From an uncultured Acetobacteraceae bacterium (GTDB lineage Bacteria > Pseudomonadota > Alphaproteobacteria > CACIAM-22H2), in contig CAYSUY010000004.1 of the NCBI GenBank assembly GCA_964434345.1, positions 1-59,217 on the forward strand: 59,217 nt of DNA, written 5' to 3'. The translations under genes were made by a program, and so were the position numbers. Shown piece by piece: positions 29,035 to 39,327 of this stretch (position 1 is its first letter; every line of letters begins with the position of its first letter). Under the pieces are notes generated by a model. It was given only the letters and a program-made list of their open reading frames with translations. It was not told the origin of the DNA and ran no database searches.

Positions 29035-29928
29035 CCGGTCTCCGTCGCGCGCCGGCCAGTTCACCATCACGATCGCCGCAGTCACCAGGGCAAGGCCGAG
29101 GACGATCCGCGGATCGATCGTCTCGCCGAGGTAGAGGGCGGCCGCGATCGCCGCCGAAATCGGGTTGACGACGACCGTAACGGTGACCCGGGTCGGCGCG
29201 ACGCGGCTCAGCGCCCAGGTCCAGGTCATGAAACCGAAACAGGTCGGTCCGGCCGCGAAATAGGCCACCGCCCACCATCCTTGCGCGCTCAGATCGGCAA
29301 TGGCCGCGAGTTCGCCGCTCCACAGCCCCGCCAGGGCGAGCAGGACGCACCCGACACCGGTCGCCACGAGGCTTACGGTCACGATCGGATAGCGCGCCAG
29401 ATAGGGGCCGACCATGACGCTGTTGAGGGCGGTCACGAAAGCGGCCGCGAAGAGAAACAGGTCGCCCTTCCAGGCCTCCGGCGACGCGGTGGCGGTGTCG
29501 CTCCACAGCGCGACGGCCACGCCGACGACGCCCAGGGCCATGCCCAGAAGCTTGCGCAGCGTGAACCGCTCACGCCCCAGCAGCACCGCCAGGATCAGCG
29601 TCTGGATCGGCATCGTCGACAGGACGATGGCGCCACGCGCCGCGCCGACATGCATGAACCCCGCGCTGAACAGCCAGCCGAACAGGCCGAATTGCAGCAC
29701 GCCGACGGCGACGAGCGCGGGAAGGTCGCGCGGCTGGATCCGCGCGATCCGGCCGCGGGACAGCAGCAACCAGACGATCAGCACGCCCATGAGCCCGAGA
29801 TAGCGCAACAGGCTGACGGCCGCCGGGCCGGCCTCGTCGGCGAGCAGACGCGCCGCGACGGCACCCGTGCCACCGAAGGCAGATCCGAGGGCGGCGGCGA
29901 GGACAGGAAGCTGGGCGGCGAGGTTCAT
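29029..29928 (-). CDS. DMT/EamA-family transporter
   Basis: About 10 hydrophobic segments in two EamA-like halves (AVSLLRY; FMTWTWAL...NPISAAIAAALYLGE). Confidence 0.9.
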   Translation of the reverse strand: MNLAAQLPVLAAALGSAFGGTGAVAARLLADEAGPAAVSLLRYLGLMGVLIVWLLLSRGRIARIQPRDLPALVAVGVLQFGLFGWLFSAGFMHVGAARGAIVLSTMPIQTLILAVLLGRERFTLRKLLGMALGVVGVAVALWSDTATASPEAWKGDLFLFAAAFVTALNSVMVGPYLARYPIVTVSLVATGVGCVLLALAGLWSGELAAIADLSAQGWWAVAYFAAGPTCFGFMTWTWALSRVAPTRVTVTVVVNPISAAIAAALYLGETIDPRIVLGLALVTAAIVMVNWPARDGDRA

Positions 29929-30159
29929 GGGCAACCCCGACTAGACGCGCGCCACGGCACCGGCGCGAGGTCGGCTTGCGCATGGCGTAATGCGCGGCGC
30001 GCATGACCGCCGCCACCCGCCGGCCCGCGGCGCTCCAAGTCGCGCGGCGCGTCCGCCGGCATGCTATATACGATCGCGAATCGGACGTTCGTCGTCCGGG
30101 GCGCCGTGCTTGTCGGCCCCACGCCCCTGCCCCACAACCCTGGTCCCGATCCCATCGCC

Positions 30160-30612
30160 ATGCCAAATCGCTTCGCACCCGATGCCGAGATGATCCGCAG
30201 CCTCGCGGCCGTGATCGCCGAGACCGGATTGACCGAGATCGAATATTCCGATGGCGACCGACGGATCCGCGTCGCCCGCATGCCCGGACCGCAGAACGTC
30301 GTGATGCACGCACCGCAGGCCGCCGCGCCCGCGCCGGCGGGCGGACCGGCCGCGGCGCCCGCGAGCGATGCGCCGCCCGCCAATGCGGTTGTCTCGCCCA
30401 TGGTGGGAACGGTCTATCTCGCCGCCGAACCCGGCGCCGCGCCCTTCGCCAAGCCCGGCGACCGCGTCAACGAGGGTCAGACGCTGCTGATCATCGAGGC
30501 GATGAAGGTCATGAACCCCATCAAGAGCCCGCGTTCCGGCACGATCGGCCAGGTCCTCGTCAAGAACGCCGAACCGGTCGAATACGGCCAGCCGCTGATC
30601 GTCGTCGACTGA
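30160..30612 (+). CDS. accB: Biotin carboxyl carrier protein of acetyl-CoA carboxylase
   Basis: LTEIEY, Ala/Pro linker, SPMVGT, EAMKVMN biotinylation site, PVEYGQPL. Confidence 0.96.
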   Translation: MPNRFAPDAEMIRSLAAVIAETGLTEIEYSDGDRRIRVARMPGPQNVVMHAPQAAAPAPAGGPAAAPASDAPPANAVVSPMVGTVYLAAEPGAAPFAKPGDRVNEGQTLLIIEAMKVMNPIKSPRSGTIGQVLVKNAEPVEYGQPLIVVD

Positions 30613-30635
30613 ACCGCGGAGGGCGCGCAATCCCG

Positions 30636-31979
30636 ATGTTCGAAAAGGTCCTCATCGCCAATCGCGGCGAGATCGCGTTGCGCATCCACCGCGCCTGCCG
30701 CGAGCTCGGCATCTCGACGGTGGCCGTGCATTCGACCGCCGACGCCGACGCGATGCATGTGCGGCTCGCCAACGAGAGCGTGTGCATCGGACCGCCGGCC
30801 GCGCGGGACAGCTATCTCAACATACCGGCGATCCTGACCGCGGCGACCATCACGGGCGCCGACGCGATCCATCCCGGCTACGGCTTCCTGTCGGAGAACG
30901 CCGATTTCGCGGCGATGGTCGAGGAGCACGGCCTCGTCTTCATCGGTCCCAAGCCGGAGCATATCCGGATGATGGGGGACAAGGTCGTCGCCAAGCGTAC
31001 GGCCCGCGAACTCGGCATTCCGTGCGTACCCGGTTCGGACGGCCCGATCGGCGACGTCGCGGCGGCGATCGCGGCCGCCGAGGAGATCGGCTACCCGGTC
31101 CTGATCAAGGCCGCGGCCGGCGGCGGCGGGCGCGGCATGAAGGTCGCGACGGACCGATCGGTCCTCGAGGAGGCGTTCCGCACCGCGCGCGGAGAGGCCG
31201 AGGCGGCGTTCGGCGACGGGCGCGTCTACATGGAGAAATATCTCAGCCATCCGCGCCATATCGAGATCCAGGTGATCGGCGACAGCCACGGCAACGTCGT
31301 TCATCTCGGCGAGCGCGATTGCTCGCTGCAGCGCAAGCATCAGAAACTCGTCGAGGAGAGCCCCTCGCCGGCCCTCAACGCGAGCCAGCGGGAGGAGATC
31401 GGTGCCACCGTCTGCGCCGCGCTTCGCAAGCTCGGCTACCGCAACGCCGGCACGGTCGAGTTCCTCTACGAGGATGGCGCGTTCTACTTCATCGAGATGA
31501 ATACGCGCCTCCAGGTGGAACACCCCGTGACCGAGATGATCACGGGCATCGATCTGGTGCGCGAACAGATCCGCATCGCCGCCGGCGGCGCCCTGTCCTT
31601 TTCGCAGGACGCGGTGCGTTTCGCGGGTCACGCGATCGAGTGCCGCGTCACTGCCGAATCGCCGACCGATTTCCGTCCCTCGCCAGGGCGCGTCACGGAA
31701 TACCATCCGCCCGGCGGCCTTGGCGTGCGCGTCGATTCTGCCCTCTATGCCGGCTACAGCGTGCCGCCGCATTACGACAGCATGGTCGCCAAGCTGATCG
31801 TCCATGGCAGCAGCCGCAACGAGGCGCTCATGCGCCTGCGCCGATCGCTCGACGAGTTCGTGATCGGCGGTATCGATACGACGCTGCCGCTTCACCGGCG
31901 GATCCTCGGAACCGGCGATTTCGTCGACGGGAACTACGACATCCACTGGCTCGAGCGCTTCGTCGGCCTGAAGCGCTGA
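30636..31979 (+). CDS. accC: Biotin carboxylase
   Basis: [60 protein letters not shown]. Confidence 0.98.
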   Translation: MFEKVLIANRGEIALRIHRACRELGISTVAVHSTADADAMHVRLANESVCIGPPAARDSYLNIPAILTAATITGADAIHPGYGFLSENADFAAMVEEHGLVFIGPKPEHIRMMGDKVVAKRTARELGIPCVPGSDGPIGDVAAAIAAAEEIGYPVLIKAAAGGGGRGMKVATDRSVLEEAFRTARGEAEAAFGDGRVYMEKYLSHPRHIEIQVIGDSHGNVVHLGERDCSLQRKHQKLVEESPSPALNASQREEIGATVCAALRKLGYRNAGTVEFLYEDGAFYFIEMNTRLQVEHPVTEMITGIDLVREQIRIAAGGALSFSQDAVRFAGHAIECRVTAESPTDFRPSPGRVTEYHPPGGLGVRVDSALYAGYSVPPHYDSMVAKLIVHGSSRNEALMRLRRSLDEFVIGGIDTTLPLHRRILGTGDFVDGNYDIHWLERFVGLKR

Positions 31980-31996
31980 CAGCGCATGTCCGGCGC

Positions 31997-32635
31997 ATGC
32001 TGACGCCGCAGGATCTGATCGCCGCATATGCCGGCGGCGTCTTCCCGATGGCGGAGAGCGCGGACGCGAAGACGATCCGCTGGATCGAGCCGCGAGCGCG
32101 CGGGATCATTCCCCTGGACGGTTTCCATGTGCCGCGCTCGCTGCGCAAGACGGTCCGGCACGCCCCCTTCGAGATCGCGGTCGATCAGGATTTCGCGGCC
32201 GTGATGCGCGCCTGCGCAACGCCCGCGCCGGGGCGCGAGGAGACCTGGATCAACGCGGACATCCTGGCTGCCTATGAGGGGCTCCACCGGCTTGGCTTCG
32301 CCCATTCGGTCGAATGCCGCGTCGACGGGGCGCTTGTCGGCGGGCTTTATGGCGTCTCTCTCGGCGCCGCGTTCTTCGGCGAGAGCATGTTCTCGCGTGC
32401 CACCGACGCATCGAAAGTGGCGCTCGTGCATCTCGTCGCGCGACTGCGCCGCGGCGGCTACGCGCTTCTCGACGCGCAGTTCCTGACCGCGCATCTGGCG
32501 CGCTTCGGCGCGATCGAAATCCCGCGGCGGCGCTACCTTGCACTCCTCGCCGACGCCCTGGCGCGACCGCCGGGCCGCTTCTACCGCGAACTTCCCCTCG
32601 ACGACGTGTTGCAGGCGACCAGCCAGACATCATAG
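31997..32635 (+). CDS. aat: Leucyl/phenylalanyl-tRNA--protein transferase
   Basis: [54 protein letters not shown]. Confidence 0.96.
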   Translation: MLTPQDLIAAYAGGVFPMAESADAKTIRWIEPRARGIIPLDGFHVPRSLRKTVRHAPFEIAVDQDFAAVMRACATPAPGREETWINADILAAYEGLHRLGFAHSVECRVDGALVGGLYGVSLGAAFFGESMFSRATDASKVALVHLVARLRRGGYALLDAQFLTAHLARFGAIEIPRRRYLALLADALARPPGRFYRELPLDDVLQATSQTS

Positions 32636-33138
32636 ACCGCGTGCTCGAGGGCCGATGCCGCCGGGGTCGACGCGAACATCCAGCCGGTGAACAGGCGTCG
32701 CAGCGTCCCGTCCTCGCCCCGCGCCTCGTTGACCTCGAGGAACGCCGCGCTGTCCGGCAGTTCGTCGTGCGGGCGGGCGCGGCAGGCGCGCAGCGTCACC
32801 GCCAGCGCCCCCGCGCGTTGAGTCTGGTCGACCTCGATGACCAGTTGCCGGACCCGGCCGGTGATCTTGTCGAGCGTCTGGACGATGGCCCCGAGATACG
32901 CGACAGGTTCGCTCTCGGCGGGTGGCGCGGGGGCCGGCGGCGGCATCACGACCGCAGGGGGATCCTCGCTGGCGGCACCGCCCACGGGGGGCGCAGGTGG
33001 CGGCGGCGGCGGCATCCAGGCCGCAGGGGCCTGCGCCCTGCCCAAATCCGCCCCGACGATTCCAGCCGAGAGAATGCCCGCCCAGATCATCAGCGCGCGA
33101 CCGAGGGCGCGGGGCGCGCGACCGGACGGGCGCGTCAC
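32581..33138 (-). CDS. DUF2155 domain-containing protein
   Basis: [41 protein letters not shown]; GTGA overlap with mlaD. Confidence 0.88.
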   Translation of the reverse strand: MTRPSGRAPRALGRALMIWAGILSAGIVGADLGRAQAPAAWMPPPPPPAPPVGGAASEDPPAVVMPPPAPAPPAESEPVAYLGAIVQTLDKITGRVRQLVIEVDQTQRAGALAVTLRACRARPHDELPDSAAFLEVNEARGEDGTLRRLFTGWMFASTPAASALEHAVYDVWLVACNTSSRGSSR

Positions 33139-33605
33139 TTCGGAGCGGCCGGGGCGGCGTCCTTGTCGCCCTGACCGAACATGAACTTGCCCAGCAGCTG
33201 GACGAGATTGACGGGCGCCTGGGTGAACTTGATCTCGCCCCCCGGGGGGATGATCTTGTCCTCTCCGCCGGGAACGAGCGCGACGAAGGAACCGCCCAGC
33301 AACCCTTCGCTGGCCACCTGGGCGACCGTGTCGACAGGCAGCTTGACGGCGGGATCGATGTTCATCCGAACGACGGCAAGGAAGCGCTCGGTGTCGAGGC
33401 GCTGCTCCACGACCGTGCCGACCTTGATGCCCGATACCTTGACGTCGGCACCGCGCGCCAGACCGTCGACCCGGTCGAAGCGCGCCACGACCTCGTACCC
33501 ACCAGTCGCCCGCATGCTCGTCGCGTTGTAGACGAACACCAGGAACACGCCGGCGATCACCAGGACCAGCGCGCCCATCAGCGTCTCGATCAGATTATGT
33601 CCCAT
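33135..33605 (-). CDS. mlaD: Outer-membrane lipid asymmetry MCE protein MlaD
   Basis: NLIETLMGALVL, F.RVDGL..GADVKVSGIKVG.V, SEGLLGG.FV.L.PGG. Confidence 0.92.
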   Translation of the reverse strand: MGHNLIETLMGALVLVIAGVFLVFVYNATSMRATGGYEVVARFDRVDGLARGADVKVSGIKVGTVVEQRLDTERFLAVVRMNIDPAVKLPVDTVAQVASEGLLGGSFVALVPGGEDKIIPPGGEIKFTQAPVNLVQLLGKFMFGQGDKDAAPAAPK

Positions 33606-33620
33606 CTGCGCGCTCCAGGG

Positions 33621-33691
33621 CCGCCATGTCCATCAACCGCCAAGTCCGTCAACCGCCAAGTCCGTCAACCGCTATGTCCGTCGACCATCAT
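33621..33691. repeat. 16-bp tandem direct repeat, ~4.4 copies, intergenic
   Basis: GTCCATCAACCGCCAA (33628), GTCCGTCAACCGCCAA (33644), GTCCGTCAACCGCTAT (33660), GTCCGTCGACCATCAT (33676), plus a partial CCGCCAT at 33621. Confidence 0.92.
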
Positions 33692-33696
33692 GCCGG

Positions 33697-34062
33697 TCAG
33701 GACGGTGTCCAGGGCTCGTAGTCGCCGGTGGCGGCGGCGCGGCGCCCGCCCTTGAAATCATGGCCGGGCGGCCGGTAGGCCTCTGCGGTGCCGGTGGCGT
33801 TCTGCTGGTGCGGCTTCTGCCACGCCCGAATGGCCGGACCGCCAGGAGGCGGCGGTTCCTTCACGCTGTGGTGCAGCCATCCGTGCCATTCGGCCGGAAC
33901 GCGGCTGGCCTCCACTTCGCCGTTATAGACGACCCAGCGCTTCTCGCGCAGGCCGTCGGCGCGCGAGGCCCCGGTCTTGTCGCGATAATAGCGGTTGCCG
34001 GCGGCATCGCTGCCGACCTGCTGGCCGCGCAACCACGTATAGAGACGGGTCCCCAGGGTCAT
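33697..34062 (-). CDS. NADH:ubiquinone oxidoreductase subunit NDUFA12 family protein
   Basis: VGSDAAGNRYY, RWVVYNGEVEASRVPAEWHGWLH, WQKPH..N.TGT..AYRP, DYEPWTP. Confidence 0.93.
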   Translation of the reverse strand: MTLGTRLYTWLRGQQVGSDAAGNRYYRDKTGASRADGLREKRWVVYNGEVEASRVPAEWHGWLHHSVKEPPPPGGPAIRAWQKPHQQNATGTAEAYRPPGHDFKGGRRAAATGDYEPWTPS

Positions 34063-34291
34063 CTTCGTCGCCTTGACTCGGTCGGTTGGATCCGGAGGCG
34101 GTCGCGAGGGCGGCCGCGCGGCGGCGCGATGCGATTGCCGAAGCCCATCGACTCGCGTGTGCCATGGGCGGGTATATCGCACGGGGCCAGCGCCGCCGTC
34201 CACTCGCACCCTCGCGCCACGGCGCAGCCGCAGGCCGCCGCCATGGCATCAGGCCGGGCGACCCCGGCACCGCCTGCCTATCTCCTTGAAC

Positions 34292-34403
34292 CAGCTAGAT
34301 ATAGGGGGTCGTATGCGAAGGTGACACAAAACTAGTTGCCGGCCGCAGCGGGTTCTGGTCAACATGTGGCCCTTCACCTCGACCGGCACACCGCATCTTG
34401 TAG
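34292..34403 (+). promoter_or_regulatory. Array of NrdR-box-like sites upstream of nrdJ
   Basis: Cores CTAGATATAG (34295), weak CAAAACTAGT (34327), CAACATGTGG (34360), CCGCATCTTG (34391), compared with consensus acaCwAtATaTwGtgt; spacing 32/33/31 bp. Confidence 0.7.
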
Positions 34404-34544
34404 CCAGGTTCGCGGCCACGGCACTTCCGACGATGTCGGCGCGCCGCGGCCGAAAGCGAATCGGCAGAGGGAGATGAGTCGGCAACGGGGAAGACGACCA
34501 GACAAAATTCACCAGACAGATTTTGAAAGAGCGGAGAGTTCGAG

Positions 34545-37500
34545 ATGCGGATCGTCCGGCGCTTCACGACCCAGGGCCAAGACGCGTACGCCGCCGTCGC
34601 GTTCGCCACCACCAATTCGGAGATCCGCAATCCGGACGGCTCCGTGGTGTTCGAGGCCAGGGACATCGAGGTTCCGGCGCAGTGGTCGCAGGTCGCATGC
34701 GACGTCCTCGCGCAGAAATATTTCCGCAAGCGCGGCGTGCCCGCGAAGCGCAAGGCTGTCGCCGAGACGGATGTGCCGTCCTGGCTGTGGCGTCAGGTGC
34801 CCGATGACGAGGCGCTGGCGGGCGAGCCCGAGCAGCAGCGCTGGCGCGGCGAGCGCTCCGCGAAGGAAGTCTTCGACCGGCTCGCCGGGACCTGGACCTA
34901 TTGGGGCTGGAAGGGCGGCTATTTCGACACCGAGGCCGACGCGCGCAGCTATTTCGACGAGATGCGCTACATGCTCGCGGCGCAGATCGCGGCACCGAAC
35001 TCGCCGCAATGGTTCAACACCGGCCTGCATTGGGCCTATGGCATCGACGGGCCTGGCCAGGGCCACTACTACGTGGACCACCGCACGGGCGAACTGACGC
35101 GCTCGGCATCGTCCTACGAGCATCCGCAGCCGCATGCCTGCTTCATCCAGTCGGTCGCCGACGACCTCGTGAACGAGGGCGGGATCATGGATCTCTGGGT
35201 GCGCGAGGCACGGCTGTTCAAGTACGGCTCGGGTACCGGCTCGAACTTCTCCAGGCTGCGCGGCGAGGGCGAGCGGCTCTCCGGCGGCGGCCGTTCGTCG
35301 GGGCTGATGAGTTTCCTGAAGATCGGCGACCGCGCCGCCGGAGCCATCAAGTCGGGCGGCACGACGCGCCGCGCCGCCAAGATGGTCACCGTCGACATCG
35401 ACCACCCGGACATCGAGAACTACATCAACTGGAAAGTCGTCGAAGAGCAGAAGGTCGCCGCGCTCGTCGCCGGATCCAAGCTCTGCAACAAGCATCTCAA
35501 TGCGATCATGGCCGCGTGCCAGCGCGATGCGGGAGACGCCGGCTTCGATCCCAGGCAGAACCGCGCCCTGCGTCAGGCGATCTCCGCGGCGCGCAAGGCC
35601 ATGATCTCCGAGAACTACGTCCAGCGCGTGATCGAGTTCGCGCGCCAGGGTTACGCCTCGATCGATTTTCCCGTCTACAACACCGACTGGGATTCCGAGG
35701 CGTATCTCACCGTCTCCGGTCAGAACTCCAACAACTCCGTGCGCGTGACGGACGACTTCCTCAAGGCGGTCGAAGCGGACGGCGAATGGACCCTGACGCG
35801 CCGCATCGACGGCAAGCTGCACAAGACCTTGCGCGCCCGCGACCTGTGGGAACAGATCGCACATGCCGCCTGGGCCTCGGCCGATCCGGGCCTGCAATAC
35901 GACACCACGATCAACGAGTGGCACACCTGCCCGAATTCCGGCCGGATCAACGCGTCCAACCCGTGCTCGGAATACATGTTCCTCGACGACACGGCTTGCA
36001 ATCTGGCCTCCGTGAACCTGCTCGCGCTGCGCGGCAAGGACGGGCGCTTTGACGTCGAAGCCTTCGAGCACGCGTGCCGGCTGTGGACCGTCACGCTCGA
36101 GGTGTCGGTGCTGATGGCGCAGTTCCCGTCGCGCGAGATCGCCCAGCTCTCCTACGAGTACCGCACGCTCGGCCTCGGCTTCGCGAATATCGGCGGCCTG
36201 CTCATGGCAATGGGTCTGTCCTACGACAGCGACCCGGGCCGCGCGATCTGCGCGACGATCTCCGCGATCATGACCGGTGTCTCCTACGCCACCTCGGCGC
36301 AGATGGCCGAAGAGCTCGGCGCCTTCCCGGGCTTCGCGAAGAACCGTGACGAGATGTTGCGCGTCATCCGCAACCACCGGCGCGCGGCGCATGGCGAAAG
36401 CGGCGGCTACGAAGGCCTGTCGATCAAGCCGGTTCCGATCCGCGCCGCGGATTGCCCGGACCAGGCCCTGGTTGCCGCGGCGCGGCGCGCCTGGGACGAG
36501 GCGCTGGCGCTCGGCGAGGCGCATGGATATCGCAACGCCCAGGCGACGGTGATCGCGCCCACCGGGACCATCGGCCTCGTGATGGACTGCGACACCACCG
36601 GCATCGAACCGGATTTCGCGCTGGTGAAGTTCAAGAAGCTCGCGGGTGGCGGCTACTTCAAGATCATCAACCGCGTCGTGCCGGACGCGCTGCGCACGCT
36701 CGGCTACGCGGAGGACCGCATCGAGGCGATCATCGGCTATGCCGTCGGCCATGGCACGCTCAAGGGTTCGCCCGCGATCGGCCATGACGCGCTGCGCGCG
36801 AAGGGCTTCGGCGAGGCGCAGCTGCAGCAGCTCGAATCCGCGCTCAAGAGCGCCTTCGACATCAAGTTCGCCTTCAACAAGTGGACGCTCGGCGAGGCCT
36901 TCCTGACCGAGGGCCTCGGCTTCACCAAGGCGCAGCTGGACGATGTCGGCTTCGACATCCTCGGCGCGCTCGGCTTCTCGAAATCCGACATCGAGGCCGC
37001 CAACACCTATTGCTGCGGATCGATGACGCTCGAGGGCGCACCGCACCTCAAGGCCGAACATCTTCCGGTCTTCGACTGCGCCAATCCCTGCGGACGCAAC
37101 GGCAAGCGCTACCTGTCGGTGGAGAGCCATATCCGGATGATGGCGGCGTCGCAGCCCTTCATCTCCGGCGCCATCTCCAAGACCATCAACATGCCGAACT
37201 CGGCAACCGTGGAGGCCTGCAAGGACGCCTATCTCCTGTCCTGGCGCCTTGCCCTCAAGGCGAATGCGCTCTACCGCGACGGCTCGAAGCTGTCGCAGCC
37301 GCTGGCGGCCGTGTTTGGCGATGACGACGCCGCGGAAGTGGCCGAGGAGATCGCCTCTGCGCCCGCCGCGGTCAAGGCGACCACGGTCGTCGAGCGGGTC
37401 ATCGAACGCATCGTCGAGAAGATCGCGGTCGCGGAACGCATGCGCCTGCCAAACCGCCGCAAGGGCTACACCCAGAAGGCGAATGTCGGCGGTCACAAGG

Positions 37501-38261
37501 TCTATCTGCGTACCGGCGAATACGAGGATGGCCGGATCGGCGAGATCTTCATCGACATGCACAAGGAGGGCGCCGCCTTCCGGTCGCTGATCAACAATTT
37601 CGCGATCGCCGTCTCGATCGGCCTGCAGTACGGCGTGCCGCTCGAGGAGTTCGTGGAGGCCTTCACCTTCACCCGCTTCGAGCCCAACGGCGTGGTCCAG
37701 GGCAACGACACGATCAAGAACGCGACCTCGATCCTCGACTACGTGTTCCGCGAACTCGCGATCAGCTATCTCGGCCGCGACGATCTCGCGCATGTGCACG
37801 CCGACGACCTCGCGCCGGACACCACCGGCAAGGGCCCGGGCGACTCGACCCTGCCCGCCACCGGCACCGCCGCGGCATCCTCCGCGCTCGACAGCCTGAA
37901 GCGCGTCGCCTCCACCGGCTTCGTGCGTCAGCGCTTCCGCGTGCTCGAGAACGGGTCGCGCAACGCGACCGCCCACGACACGCTGCAGGCCGGCGACACC
38001 GTTCTCGCAGATGCGCGCACGGACGAGGCCGGGACGACCGCGGAACGGCACCCGATCGGCTTCGCCATCGCGGCCGTCGAGGCGGCGCAGGCCGTGGCGA
38101 TCGCCGCGCCGCCGGTGCGCGACGCGGCAAGCCGTATCCGCGAAGCCAGGATCCTCGGGTTCACCGGAGATTCCTGCGCCGAGTGCGGCTCGATGAAGAT
38201 GGTCCGCAACGGAACATGCATGAAGTGCATCGATTGCGGCACGACGACGGGGTGCAGCTGA
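34545..38261 (+). CDS. nrdJ: Vitamin B12-dependent (class II) ribonucleotide reductase
   Basis: [26 protein letters not shown] (thiyl-radical Cys), [19 protein letters not shown]-terminal domain and zinc ribbon (CAEC...[14 protein letters not shown]). Confidence 0.97.
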   Translation: MRIVRRFTTQGQDAYAAVAFATTNSEIRNPDGSVVFEARDIEVPAQWSQVACDVLAQKYFRKRGVPAKRKAVAETDVPSWLWRQVPDDEALAGEPEQQRWRGERSAKEVFDRLAGTWTYWGWKGGYFDTEADARSYFDEMRYMLAAQIAAPNSPQWFNTGLHWAYGIDGPGQGHYYVDHRTGELTRSASSYEHPQPHACFIQSVADDLVNEGGIMDLWVREARLFKYGSGTGSNFSRLRGEGERLSGGGRSSGLMSFLKIGDRAAGAIKSGGTTRRAAKMVTVDIDHPDIENYINWKVVEEQKVAALVAGSKLCNKHLNAIMAACQRDAGDAGFDPRQNRALRQAISAARKAMISENYVQRVIEFARQGYASIDFPVYNTDWDSEAYLTVSGQNSNNSVRVTDDFLKAVEADGEWTLTRRIDGKLHKTLRARDLWEQIAHAAWASADPGLQYDTTINEWHTCPNSGRINASNPCSEYMFLDDTACNLASVNLLALRGKDGRFDVEAFEHACRLWTVTLEVSVLMAQFPSREIAQLSYEYRTLGLGFANIGGLLMAMGLSYDSDPGRAICATISAIMTGVSYATSAQMAEELGAFPGFAKNRDEMLRVIRNHRRAAHGESGGYEGLSIKPVPIRAADCPDQALVAAARRAWDEALALGEAHGYRNAQATVIAPTGTIGLVMDCDTTGIEPDFALVKFKKLAGGGYFKIINRVVPDALRTLGYAEDRIEAIIGYAVGHGTLKGSPAIGHDALRAKGFGEAQLQQLESALKSAFDIKFAFNKWTLGEAFLTEGLGFTKAQLDDVGFDILGALGFSKSDIEAANTYCCGSMTLEGAPHLKAEHLPVFDCANPCGRNGKRYLSVESHIRMMAASQPFISGAISKTINMPNSATVEACKDAYLLSWRLALKANALYRDGSKLSQPLAAVFGDDDAAEVAEEIASAPAAVKATTVVERVIERIVEKIAVAERMRLPNRRKGYTQKANVGGHKVYLRTGEYEDGRIGEIFIDMHKEGAAFRSLINNFAIAVSIGLQYGVPLEEFVEAFTFTRFEPNGVVQGNDTIKNATSILDYVFRELAISYLGRDDLAHVHADDLAPDTTGKGPGDSTLPATGTAAASSALDSLKRVASTGFVRQRFRVLENGSRNATAHDTLQAGDTVLADARTDEAGTTAERHPIGFAIAAVEAAQAVAIAAPPVRDAASRIREARILGFTGDSCAECGSMKMVRNGTCMKCIDCGTTTGCS

Positions 38262-38289
38262 CCACGGCGCGGCGTCGCGACCGATCCAG

Positions 38290-38322
38290 GGGCCTCGCCA
38301 CCCGGCGAGGCCCTTTTTCTTT
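38290..38322 (+). terminator. Intrinsic terminator after nrdJ
   Basis: GGGCCTCGCC-ACCC-GGCGAGGCCC followed by TTTTTCTTT. Confidence 0.9.
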
Positions 38323-38376
38323 GCGCCCGCCGCATCCCGGCGGGCAAGCTCGCCGCCGCAACGACATGACCACCGC

Positions 38377-39285
38377 ATGACCTGGCTCTGGATCCCGATC
38401 ACCATCGCCGCCGCGCTGTCGCAGAACCTGCGCACGGCGCTGCAGAAGCATCTCAAGGGCCGGCTGTCGACCAACGGCGCCAACTACACGCGCTACGCCT
38501 TTGGACTGCCCTTCGCGCTCGGCTACGCGCTGCTGCTCCATCGCGGCGTCGGCCTGGACTGGCCGCGCCCCGACGCGACCTTCTTCGCGTGGGTCCTGCT
38601 GGGCGGTGTCAGCCAGATCCTCGCGACGTCGCTGCTGATCGAGGCGATGACGCGGCGCAATTTCGCCGCCGGGATCGCCTATTCGAAGACCGAGGTCGTG
38701 CAGGCGGCGCTGTTCGAGGCGGTGTTCCTCGGCCTTGCGCTCACCACCGGCGGCGTGGCGGCGATCGGGCTCGCGACCCTGGGGGTGATGCTGATCTCGC
38801 TGCGCCAGAGTGACGCCCCGTGGCGCGACGTGTTCACCGGATGGACCGATACCGCGGCCCTTCTCGGCCTCGCCTCGGGCGGGCTGTTCGCCATCTCGGC
38901 CGTCGCGTTCCGCGCCGCCTCCATCGGGCTCGGGCACGATTCCTTCCTCATGAGCGCCGGCTTCACGCTCGCCTGGGCGCAGGCCATCCAGACCGCGCTG
39001 CTGACGCTGTGGCTCGCGCTGCGCGAACCTGGACAGCTGCGCGCGGTGGCGCGCCATTGGCGCCTGGGGACGCTCGTGGGGCTGACCGGAACGCTGGGAT
39101 CCATGGGATGGTTCACGGCCTTCACGATCCAGGTCGCCGCCTATGTCCGCACGCTCGGCCTGATCGAACTGGTTTTCACCTTCCTGATGGGACGCTTCGT
39201 CTTCGGCGAGCGCGCGTCGCGGTACGAGGTGCTCGGCGTCGCGGCGCTGGTGGCGGGCATCGTGCTGGTACTGCACAGCCATTGA
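38377..39285 (+). CDS. DMT/EamA-family transporter
   Basis: WIPITIAAALSQNLRTALQKHL, RNFAAGIAYSKTE, GSMGWFTAF, VRTLGLIEL; about 10 TM segments. Confidence 0.9.
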   Translation: MTWLWIPITIAAALSQNLRTALQKHLKGRLSTNGANYTRYAFGLPFALGYALLLHRGVGLDWPRPDATFFAWVLLGGVSQILATSLLIEAMTRRNFAAGIAYSKTEVVQAALFEAVFLGLALTTGGVAAIGLATLGVMLISLRQSDAPWRDVFTGWTDTAALLGLASGGLFAISAVAFRAASIGLGHDSFLMSAGFTLAWAQAIQTALLTLWLALREPGQLRAVARHWRLGTLVGLTGTLGSMGWFTAFTIQVAAYVRTLGLIELVFTFLMGRFVFGERASRYEVLGVAALVAGIVLVLHSH

Positions 39286-39327
39286 CCGCGGTGCCGCAGA
39301 GCGCCCCGTGCGCCCGCGACGAACATG

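Noticed and set aside
33621-33691. Possible mini-CRISPR array
   Set aside because: The repeats are directly adjacent with no spacers, only 16 bp long, and no cas genes are present. It is kept as a tandem repeat.
34062-34545. Cobalamin riboswitch upstream of B12-dependent nrdJ
   Set aside because: No B12-box or other conserved riboswitch core motifs are visible, and a B12-using enzyme is not expected to be repressed by B12. An Infernal/Rfam scan would settle it.
34336-35097. Out-of-frame ORF overlapping the nrdJ 5' end, with an ATG at 34474
   Set aside because: The SD-like sequence is directly adjacent to the ATG (poor spacing), the product is low-complexity and it overlaps nrdJ by ~550 nt.
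34545-38261. Intein or intron in nrdJ
   Set aside because: The 1238-aa length is explained by the fused C-terminal domain and zinc ribbon; I saw no intein splice motifs or homing-endonuclease insert.
34509-38483. 1324-aa antisense ORF opposite nrdJ, and similar long shadow ORFs (8791-12399, 15407-18058, 19628-22150, 50309-52966, upstream part of 56741-59179)
   Set aside because: They lie opposite well-supported genes and have Arg/Ala/Gly-rich, motif-free translations. Long stop-free antisense frames are expected at ~70% GC with strong codon bias.
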